This document shows positions 8,351-15,205 of a DNA stretch of 32,545 nucleotides, in pieces. The DNA lies in assembly GCA_040756495.1 (NCBI GenBank), contig JBFLYY010000097.1, positions 1 to 32,545 on the forward strand. The letters are read 5' to 3'. The translations under genes were made by a program, and so were the position numbers. The stretch is from Thermodesulfobacteriota bacterium (GTDB lineage Bacteria; Desulfobacterota; Desulfobulbia; Desulfobulbales; Desulfurivibrionaceae). The stretch's first letter is position 1. Each line of letters starts with the position of its first letter. Below the pieces are notes generated by a model, which made no database searches, was not told the origin of the DNA, and was given only the letters and a program-made list of their open reading frames with translations.

Positions 8351-9625
8351 TTACATCGCGTTGCGCTTGCGGAACTCTTTCACGTCGCGCTCCCAGCCAC
8401 CCTCAACCTCCTCCTCACGCCAGAAGACGTAGGGGTTGGAGCGGGGCTCCTTGACGTGCTGCGGAATCGGCTCGACTTCGAGAACGCGGAGGAATACCGG
8501 CAGGCTGATGCGCTGCATGGTCTCACCAAGACGCTCGCGGTTCTTGCCGTTCTCCATCCACCAGTCCCATACCTTCTCGATGATCTCGACCAGGTCTTCG
8601 AACTCGTTCTCGGCATCCAGCTTGATGAAGGGGTAGATCATGGTGGCGAGCTGGGCACCGTCGAGGATCGGGGCCTTGGCGCCCATCATGACGGTGGCGC
8701 CCTGATCGGTGCCGGGGCGCAGGGCCTTCGGCATGACGTTCAGGCAGTGCATGCAGCGGGTGCACTCGGCGTCGTCGATCTTCAGGGTGTCGCCTTCCAT
8801 CCACATGCAACCGGTGGGGCAGAGGGCGATGACCTCCTTCTGGATGTCGAACTTGCCACCCTTCGGGATACCGCCGCCGTTCGGCTTGTTGGCGCCGCTG
8901 ATGTAGTTCTTCACCTCGGCCTGGTTGATGCGGATCGCGTCACGCCAGGTACCGATAACAGCCAGGTCGGAACGGGCGATTGCCGCAACGCAGTCGTTCG
9001 GGCAACCGGAGAACTTGAACTTGAACTTGTAGGGGAAGGCCGGGCGATGGATTTCGTCCTGGTACTTCATGGTCATGGCGTAGCAGACGGCGTCGGTGTC
9101 GTAGCAGGCCCACTCGCAACGGGACTTGCCGATGCAGTTCGCCGGGGTACGCAGGTTGGAGCCGGAACCGCCCAAGTCCCAGTTCAGGTCGTGGGTCAGG
9201 TCGTAGAACAGGGGCTCCAGTTCCTCGGTCCGGGTGCCGAGCAGAACGAGGTCGCCGGTGGAGCCGTGGAAGTTGGTCATGCCGGAACCGCGCTTCTCCC
9301 ACAGATCACACAGCTTGCGCAGGAGTGCGGTGGTGTAGAACTTGCTGGACGGCTGGTTCAGACGGACGGTGTGGAAGTGGGCAACGCCGGGGAACTTGTC
9401 CGGCAGATCGGAGTAACGGCCAACGATACCGCCGCCGTACCCGAAGACGCCGACGATGCCGCCGTGCTTCCAGTGGGTGATTTTGTCCTTGAAAGACTGC
9501 TCCATCTGACCCAGGATGTCCCAACACTGCGGGCTCTTTGCAGCCTGCCGCTTCAGGTCGGAGACAAAGCTCGGCCATGGACCCTTCTCAAGCTCGTCCA
9601 TCATTGGCGTATCGTGCTTCGACAT
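8351..9625 (-). CDS. dsrA: dissimilatory sulfite reductase alpha subunit
   Basis: MSKHDTPMMDELEKGPWPSFVSDLK..., with Cys motifs CIGKSRCEWAC, SGCPNDC and CPTGC...CTRCMHC. Start set at the ATG at 9625, which follows AAGGAGGA. The track ORF extends 14 codons further upstream without an RBS. Confidence 0.97.
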   Translation of the reverse strand: MSKHDTPMMDELEKGPWPSFVSDLKRQAAKSPQCWDILGQMEQSFKDKITHWKHGGIVGVFGYGGGIVGRYSDLPDKFPGVAHFHTVRLNQPSSKFYTTALLRKLCDLWEKRGSGMTNFHGSTGDLVLLGTRTEELEPLFYDLTHDLNWDLGGSGSNLRTPANCIGKSRCEWACYDTDAVCYAMTMKYQDEIHRPAFPYKFKFKFSGCPNDCVAAIARSDLAVIGTWRDAIRINQAEVKNYISGANKPNGGGIPKGGKFDIQKEVIALCPTGCMWMEGDTLKIDDAECTRCMHCLNVMPKALRPGTDQGATVMMGAKAPILDGAQLATMIYPFIKLDAENEFEDLVEIIEKVWDWWMENGKNRERLGETMQRISLPVFLRVLEVEPIPQHVKEPRSNPYVFWREEEVEGGWERDVKEFRKRNAM

Positions 9626-9755
9626 CGTCAAATCCTCCTTGGAAAAGTTATTGGAAAATACCCTCATTCACGCCGCAAAACTCCTTGCCCGGAGCGGGAA
9701 TTGCCCCCCACTACCAGCCGGAGACCGCAGAGTGAGAAAAGAAACCGGTTTTTTC

Positions 9756-9769
9756 TGAATGGAAATTCA
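9756..9769. promoter_or_regulatory. perfect dyad TGAAT-GGAA-ATTCA in the dsrA leader (candidate operator); the extended palindrome TCTGAAT..ATTCAGA spans 9754..9771
   Basis: Read directly from the sequence. It lies 131-144 nt upstream of the dsrA ATG and just downstream of the predicted -10. The same 5-4-5 dyad type occurs upstream of sat at 26694..26707. Confidence 0.4.
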
Positions 9770-9778
9770 GATTCGAGG

Positions 9779-9835
9779 ACAATATACGGCCCTCTCCCCT
9801 TTGTCAACAAAAAACAAAACGAAAAACCGCGACCG
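9779..9835 (-). promoter_or_regulatory. sigma70-like dsrA promoter candidate with T-rich UP-like element
   Basis: Minus strand reads GGTTTTTCGTTTTGTTTTTTG-TTGACA (-35, 9802..9807)-17 nt-TATTGT (9779..9784). An alternative -10 is TATATT with a 15-nt spacer. This implies a leader of about 145 nt. Confidence 0.45.
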
Positions 9836-9965
9836 CTTTCCCTGATTTTTTCCCAGTCCTGACAAGCGATTGCGCCCCATCCGCCGTTGCGGTTTTGCCT
9901 CGCCGACCAGGGCGATTTCGTCTCCCGGCCGGAGCCAATTGACGGTCGCCCTCATGGCTCTGCTG

Positions 9966-9974
9966 TGGTATAAG
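9966..9974 (+). promoter_or_regulatory. extended -10 promoter candidate (TGGTATAAG) for the DUF134 gene
   Basis: TGnTATAAG-type element 45-53 nt upstream of the GTG start at 10019. AGGAG lies 8 nt before that start. No good -35 at proper spacing. Confidence 0.25.
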
Positions 9975-10018
9975 AAACAGGGGAATTCTTCCAGTCAGAC
10001 CACGCAGGAGCAGCGACG

Positions 10019-10351
10019 GTGCCACGCCCGAAAAAACAACGACTCTGCCAGGGTTCCTTCTGCGGCCGGGCCTTCAAACCGACCGGCACGCCGCTCACCT
10101 CGCTCACGCGCATCGGCCTTCAGCGCGACGAGCTGGAGGCCCTGCGGCTCTGCGACATGGAGGGACTTTTTCAGGAGGAGGCGGGGGAACGGATGGGGGT
10201 TTCGCGCGGCACCGTGCAACGGCTGCTCGCCACTGCCAGGCGCAAGGTGGCCACCGCCCTGGTGGAGGGCGCGGCACTCATCATCGGGGAGGAGGAGAAC
10301 ATTGCCCCTCCCTCTGTGGCCGCGCCCCCGGCGGTGGGAAAAAAGGGGTGA
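10019..10351 (+). CDS. DUF134 (UPF0251) family putative DNA-binding protein
   Basis: MPRPKKQRLC...FKPTG N-terminus typical of DUF134. A sigma70-region-4-like HTH follows (LFQEEAGERMGVSRGTVQRLLATARRKV). GTG start with an AGGAG RBS. Confidence 0.8.
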   Translation: MPRPKKQRLCQGSFCGRAFKPTGTPLTSLTRIGLQRDELEALRLCDMEGLFQEEAGERMGVSRGTVQRLLATARRKVATALVEGAALIIGEEENIAPPSVAAPPAVGKKG

Positions 10352-10391
10352 CCCCGCACCGCCGGGCGCGGGGGCAAGAAAAGATCAAGGA

Positions 10392-10799
10392 TCAGACGTG
10401 GCCATGGCCGTGGCAGTTGCCGTGCCCCTGGCACGCCTGGGTTGGCTGCATCATCACCAACTCGTTGCGCACCAGCCCCTCGACCACCGCCCTGACGCTG
10501 CCGAAGGCCTGCTGGGCCGCGAAATAGACCGAGATGCCCGCACTGGCGAAACCATTGAGCGGCCTCGCGCCCATGCCGCCGACCACGATGGCGTGGATAC
10601 CCCTTTCCTGGAGCAGTCCCACCGGCGCCATGCAGCCGCCCGCCTCGTGGGCGACGTTGTTCACGGTTTCGACCGCTGCCACCTGTCCGTTCTCGATATC
10701 GACCAGGGTAAAGAGGTCGCAATGGCCGAAGTGGTCCGACCGGGCCGCCTCGAGCCCGCCCGGCGCGTTGGATGGTACCGCAATCCGTAATGTTGCCAT
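10392..10799 (-). CDS. NifB/NifX-type (dinitrogenase FeMo-cofactor-binding-like domain) protein with His-rich tail
   Basis: MATLRIAVPS...HFGHCDLFTLVDIENGQV...GIHAIVVGGMGARPLNGF matches the Nitro_FeMo-Co fold family as I recall it. The C-terminus reads CQGHGNCHGHGHV. Confidence 0.8.
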   Translation of the reverse strand: MATLRIAVPSNAPGGLEAARSDHFGHCDLFTLVDIENGQVAAVETVNNVAHEAGGCMAPVGLLQERGIHAIVVGGMGARPLNGFASAGISVYFAAQQAFGSVRAVVEGLVRNELVMMQPTQACQGHGNCHGHGHV

Positions 10800-10835
10800 G
10801 AGTTCCGTTCTCCCTCGCTGTCGTTGTCTTCCGGC

Positions 10836-11816
10836 TCACGCCGCCCGGGGCGGCCCGAAAATCCGGTCGGTCAGTTTCACGTACCAGGCCGCGGCCTGCA
10901 CCTGCACAATATAGGAAAGGGCGATCACCAGGGCCGTATCGGCGCCGGCGCTCCCGAAGGCGTTGACCGCGATGGCCAGCGCGATGGAGAGGTTACGCAT
11001 CACCGTGCCATAGACCAGGGCGATGGCGTCCCCCCGCGGGAAGAAGAGCTTGCCCACAATGGTGCTCAGGGCGAAGTTGGCACCGTAGATCACAAGGAGC
11101 GGCACCAGGATCACCCCGAGGATGGCGGGGTTGGCCGCCAGACCTTGCGCCTTCAAGGCAATGGCCACAAAGACGATGCCCAAGACCCCGATGGTCGAAA
11201 GCGACGGAAAACGGGGCGCCCAGATCGTCTTGAAGGCCTCCTGGCCATAGCGCTTCAGAAACCACTGCCGGGTGCAGTAGCCGAGCAGCATGGGCAGGAA
11301 GACGATGACCACGATCTGCCGCGCCACCAGGAGCATGTCCACCTCGACCCTGGCCCCCAACAGCCCCTGCACGTAAAAGGGCGTGGCAATGGAGCCGAGG
11401 GTGAGGCCGATGACGGTCATGTTGATCGCCGCGGCGAGATTCCCCTTGGCAAAGCCGGTCCAGGAGATGGTCATGCCGCTGGTGGGCAACAGGGCCGCGA
11501 GCAAGAGCCCCAGGGCCATGTAGGGCTGATCCGGGAAACAGAACAGGCCCATGCCGTAAGCGAGAAAGGGAATCACGCCGAAGTTGATCGCCTGGGTGGC
11601 CGCCTGCAACCGGACGTTGATCCCCTGCTTGAGATGGGCGATGTTCAAGGTGATCATCATCGGATAGACCATGAGGAAGGTGAGCGGCATGATCCATGCC
11701 TTGAGCCCCTTCACGGTCCCGGGGGCCACGGTCACCCCGAAGAGATAGCCCGCGGCCATCATCATCGGGATGACGACCACCAGCCGCTTGTTGATCTTGA
11801 TGAGAAATTGCCACAT
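10836..11816 (-). CDS. Acr3 / bile-acid:Na+ symporter superfamily permease (Acr3-like, substrate unknown)
   Basis: About 10 hydrophobic segments. LLPTSGMTISWTGFAKGN aligns by eye with the Acr3 TM4 block (..ARCIAMVxVWNxLAKGD). Start set at the ATG at 11816 (GGGGGTGG RBS) rather than the RBS-less GTG at 11858. Confidence 0.8.
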   Translation of the reverse strand: MWQFLIKINKRLVVVIPMMMAAGYLFGVTVAPGTVKGLKAWIMPLTFLMVYPMMITLNIAHLKQGINVRLQAATQAINFGVIPFLAYGMGLFCFPDQPYMALGLLLAALLPTSGMTISWTGFAKGNLAAAINMTVIGLTLGSIATPFYVQGLLGARVEVDMLLVARQIVVIVFLPMLLGYCTRQWFLKRYGQEAFKTIWAPRFPSLSTIGVLGIVFVAIALKAQGLAANPAILGVILVPLLVIYGANFALSTIVGKLFFPRGDAIALVYGTVMRNLSIALAIAVNAFGSAGADTALVIALSYIVQVQAAAWYVKLTDRIFGPPRAA

Positions 11817-11867
11817 GGAACCACCCCCTGTGTTCAGGTTCAACGCGCCGCGCGCCACCGCGCCGGC

Positions 11868-12278
11868 CTATCGGGCCTCTTCGATCATGCCGACGATCTT
11901 CTGGTAGGTCTCGGCCAGGGAGATGGGGAACTGCTCGTCGTCCACCACGGCCCGGATGTTGTCCGCGCTGTAGCGCAAGAAACGGATCTGGGTCTTGCCG
12001 TTTTTGGTGAAGGTCATGATGAACTTGGGCATGAGCACCGCCCGTTCGGGATTGGCGGAAAGGCTCCTGGCCGCCTTTTCCGGCTTGCAGATCTGGATCA
12101 TGTGCAGATCAAAGCCCTCGGCCACCTCGGCGCCGTGCCTGCCGAAGGAGTGCGCCATCTCCATGGTGTTCTCGTTGTGGATGACGAAACCGTACTTTGT
12201 GACCACCTTGCCGAGATCCTCGACAAACTGCCGGTTCGTCTTGCTCGTTTCCGCTGCATAGAGATTGTCACGATTCAT
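11868..12278 (-). CDS. DUF302 domain protein
   Basis: 136-aa product of DUF302 size and pattern (...GFVIHNENTMEMAHSF...FDLHMIQICKPEKAA...MPKFIMTF...). AAGGAG lies 7 nt upstream. It is the first gene of the DUF302-permease-NifX-like operon. Confidence 0.8.
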   Translation of the reverse strand: MNRDNLYAAETSKTNRQFVEDLGKVVTKYGFVIHNENTMEMAHSFGRHGAEVAEGFDLHMIQICKPEKAARSLSANPERAVLMPKFIMTFTKNGKTQIRFLRYSADNIRAVVDDEQFPISLAETYQKIVGMIEEAR

Positions 12279-12339
12279 GGCTGGACTCCTTCAATCGGTG
12301 CAAGGGAATGGAAGAGGGTTGTTTTTTGTGCATATGCCA

Positions 12340-12368
12340 GATATAGGAGGCAAAGCCTCCCCTGTCAA
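12340..12368 (-). promoter_or_regulatory. sigma70-like promoter candidate (TTGACA-17 nt-TATATC) for the DUF302 operon
   Basis: On the minus strand: TTGACA (12363..12368), 17-nt spacer, TATATC (12340..12345). Confidence 0.45.
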
Positions 12369-12408
12369 GAAGAAGTTAAGAAAATAATAAAATACTTCCC
12401 TGAAAGGT

Positions 12409-12437
12409 TTGACAGGAGTCCGGACCCGCGATAGGGT
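12409..12437 (+). promoter_or_regulatory. sigma70-like promoter candidate (TTGACA-17 nt-TAGGGT) for the CoADR-rhodanese operon
   Basis: TTGACA at 12409..12414, 17-nt spacer, TAGGGT at 12432..12437, about 64 nt upstream of the ATG at 12501. Confidence 0.4.
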
Positions 12438-12500
12438 GACCCGGTATCGTCCGATCACAACACCACTTACGATTCACTTTGTCATACGAGGAAAATCGCC

Positions 12501-14228
12501 ATGGCCCAGAAAATCGTCATCATCGGCGGGGTCGCCGCCGGCCCCAAGACCGCCTGCCGCGTCAAGCGCCTCATGCCCGAGGCCGAGGTCACCATCATCG
12601 ACCAGGACAACCTCATCTCCTACGGCGGCTGCGGCATCCCCTACTTTGTCTCCGGCGACGTCTCCGACGAGAAGGAACTGCGCAACACGAGCTTCCACAT
12701 GACCCGGGACGAATCCTTTTTCCTCAAGGCCAAGGGGGTCAAGACCATGACCGGCACCAGGGCACTGGCCATCGACCGCACACAGAAGAGCGTGGCGGTG
12801 GAAAACCTCGCCACCGGAGCCAAGGAATCGCTGCCCTACGACAAGCTGGTGCTCGCCACCGGCAGCCGGCCCAACATGCTCCCCATTCCGGGGGCGGACC
12901 TCGACGGCGTCTTCACCATCAGCGACCTCCACAAGGCCATGGCCATCAAGGAACGGGTGGCCAAAGGCGAGGTGGGCAAGGTGGTGGTGATCGGCGGCGG
13001 CGCCATCGGCATCGAGATGGCCGAATCCTTTGCCGACCTCTGGGGCCTCGAGACCACCATCCTCGAGTTCATGCCCCAGCTCCTGCCCCGCCTGGTGGAC
13101 TGGGACTTTGCCCGCATGCTCGAAACCCACCTCAAGGAAAAGGGGGTGGCGGTCTTTACCAGGGAATCCGCCACGGCCATCGAGGGAGAAGGCGGCAAGG
13201 TGAAGCGGGTGGTCACGGCCCAGCGGACCCTGGAAGCGGATCTGGTCATCATGGCCGTGGGCGTACGGGCACGGAGCGAACTGGCCCAGGCAGCCGGCCT
13301 TCTCGTCTCGGCCCAGGGCAACATCGTGGTCAACGACCGGTTGCAGACCTCGGACCCCAACATCTACGCGGCCGGCGACTGCATCGAGGTAAAGAACATC
13401 CTCACCGGCAAGAAGGGGATCGCGCCCATGGGGTCGCTGGCCAACAAGGAAGGCCGCATCGTCGGCGACAACCTGGCGGGTATCCCCACCGTGTATAAGG
13501 GATGGATCGGCAGCTTCACCATGAAGGCCTTCGAGCGCTGCATCGGCGCCACCGGCCTGGCACTGGACGCGGCCCTGGCCGAGGGGTTCGACGCCGCGGC
13601 GGTGACCACGGCCCAGTCGGACCGGGCCCACTTCTTCCCCACCCAGGCGGTGATCCCCCTGCGCCTCGTCTTCGACAAACGCACCCGCAAGGTGCTCGGC
13701 ATGCAGGGCTTCGGCCCCATGGGCGACGCGGTTCTGGCCCGGCTCGACGCCGCGGCGGCGATGATTATGCAGGGCGCCACCATCGACGACATGAGCCAGC
13801 TCGAAATGGCCTATGCCCCGCCCTTTGCCACGGCGCTCGACGCCTTAAACGCCACCGCCAACGTGGCCGACAACCTCATGGCCGGCCGCCTGCGGTACGT
13901 CCCGGTCAAGGAATTCCTCGACTGGATGGACGATTTCGCCTCCCGCCCCGACTGGGTGGCCCTCGACATCCGCCACCCCAACGAGACCAGGGTCTTTGTC
14001 GAAAAGTACGGGGCGGACAAGTGGATCTCGGTGCCCTATGTCGAGGTCCGCAGCCGCCATCAGGAGCTGCCTCGGGACAAGACCATGGTCATCATCTGCG
14101 ACGCCGGCACCCGGTCGTCGGAGATCCAGATCGTCCTCGACAGCGTGGGGCTTAGAAACAACCTGGTGCTGGGCGGCGGCTTCAACGTCATCCGCCGCCT
14201 GGGCGTGGCCTGGTGGCCCCAAAACTAA
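12501..14228 (+). CDS. CoA-disulfide reductase / NADH oxidase-family flavoprotein fused to a C-terminal rhodanese domain (persulfide/polysulfide reductase type)
   Basis: FAD fold IVIIGGVAAGPK, redox Cys in SYGGCGIPYF (Cys44), NAD fold VVVIGGGAIGIE. C-terminal rhodanese active-site loop ICDAGTRS (Cys533, codon 14097..14099). Confidence 0.9.
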   Translation: MAQKIVIIGGVAAGPKTACRVKRLMPEAEVTIIDQDNLISYGGCGIPYFVSGDVSDEKELRNTSFHMTRDESFFLKAKGVKTMTGTRALAIDRTQKSVAVENLATGAKESLPYDKLVLATGSRPNMLPIPGADLDGVFTISDLHKAMAIKERVAKGEVGKVVVIGGGAIGIEMAESFADLWGLETTILEFMPQLLPRLVDWDFARMLETHLKEKGVAVFTRESATAIEGEGGKVKRVVTAQRTLEADLVIMAVGVRARSELAQAAGLLVSAQGNIVVNDRLQTSDPNIYAAGDCIEVKNILTGKKGIAPMGSLANKEGRIVGDNLAGIPTVYKGWIGSFTMKAFERCIGATGLALDAALAEGFDAAAVTTAQSDRAHFFPTQAVIPLRLVFDKRTRKVLGMQGFGPMGDAVLARLDAAAAMIMQGATIDDMSQLEMAYAPPFATALDALNATANVADNLMAGRLRYVPVKEFLDWMDDFASRPDWVALDIRHPNETRVFVEKYGADKWISVPYVEVRSRHQELPRDKTMVIICDAGTRSSEIQIVLDSVGLRNNLVLGGGFNVIRRLGVAWWPQN

Positions 14229-14260
14229 TCCGTCTTGCGGGCAAAACAAGGAGGGGGATC

Positions 14261-15115
14261 ATGACGTGGTGCGCGACCAAACGCCATCTGCTGGTGGTCC
14301 TCCTTGCCTTCTCCTTGGGGCTGCCGCCCACCGCCGGTTTTGCCCTCGACGGCCAACTCAACCTCAACACCGCCACGGTGGAAGAGCTTGAGATGCTGCC
14401 CACCATCGGCCAAGCCCGCGCCAAGGCCATCAGCGACTACCGCCGCAGGCATGGCGCGTTTCGCTCGCTGGAGCAACTCCTCACCAACAAGCTGGTGGGC
14501 GAAAGCTCCCTGGTCGCTATCCGCCCCTATCTGAGCCTCTCCGGCGCCACCACCCTGAAGGCCGCCGCCCCTTCCTCGGCCAATCGAAAATCCGCTACAC
14601 CCGCCACACCCGCCGCAATCGCCCTCGACCGTCACCTTGCCACGCGGCCGGGCGAGATCCAAATCCTTACGGACGAGGCATACTTCCCCGCCCTGCTCCA
14701 GGCCATTGACGAAGCGCGGCGCACCATCGAAATGGCGATGTTTCTCTTCAAGACAGGGGATGCGCCGGACAACCGGCCGGCCCGACTGGCCAAGGCGCTC
14801 ATCGCGGCGCGAAGCCGCGGGGTGCGGGTGGAGGTGCTCCTTGAAAAATCAGGCTACGACGAGGGAGTCAACCGGGAAAACGAGGAGGTGGCAAACCTCT
14901 TGCGCAAAAACCGCATCGAGGTCCGCTTCGACACCCCGGAGACCACCACCCACGCCAAGCTGGTGGTGATCGACAGCCGCTACGTCTTCGTGGGCAGCCA
15001 CAACCTCACCCAGGCGGCGCTCAAACACAACCACGAATTCTCGCTGCTGATCGACAACAGTGCCCTGGCCCGGGAGGCAAGCGGCTACCTCGACCGGCTC
15101 CGCGCCAGGGAATAG
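14261..15115 (+). CDS. secreted ComEA-like helix-hairpin-helix domain fused to a single-HKD phospholipase D/Nuc-family nuclease domain
   Basis: Signal peptide (MTWCATKRHLLVVLLAFSLGLPPTAGFA). HhH block LNLNTATVEELEMLPTIGQARAKAISDYRRRHGAF. HKD motif HAKLVVIDSRYVFVGSHN, which fits HxK(x)4D(x)6GSxN. ATG at 14261 follows AAGGAGGGGG, 32 nt after the upstream stop. Confidence 0.8.
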   Translation: MTWCATKRHLLVVLLAFSLGLPPTAGFALDGQLNLNTATVEELEMLPTIGQARAKAISDYRRRHGAFRSLEQLLTNKLVGESSLVAIRPYLSLSGATTLKAAAPSSANRKSATPATPAAIALDRHLATRPGEIQILTDEAYFPALLQAIDEARRTIEMAMFLFKTGDAPDNRPARLAKALIAARSRGVRVEVLLEKSGYDEGVNRENEEVANLLRKNRIEVRFDTPETTTHAKLVVIDSRYVFVGSHNLTQAALKHNHEFSLLIDNSALAREASGYLDRLRARE

Positions 15116-15205
15116 GCTCCTCCGCCCCGCAGAGGGTCTCGCGCGCCACAGCGGCCGCCGCCCACTAGGGGTGCCTCACCGGTTCCCCCTCATCAGCTCC
15201 CCTCA

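Noticed and set aside
6869-9862. 997-aa uninterrupted ORF on the plus strand spanning the whole dsrD-dsrB-dsrA region.
   Set aside because: It is antisense to three genes with unmistakable Dsr motifs. Its translation is Gly/Ala/Leu/Val/Asp/His/Arg-rich low-information sequence with no recognisable motif. Long antisense ORFs are expected in GC3-biased DNA. It has no RBS or promoter context.
10352-10373. GC-rich hairpin (CCCCGC...GCGGGG) between the convergent DUF134 and NifX-like genes, considered as a terminator.
   Set aside because: The stem is only 6 bp with an 8-10-nt loop and has no adjacent U-tract on either strand. It may contribute to termination, but the evidence is too weak to call.
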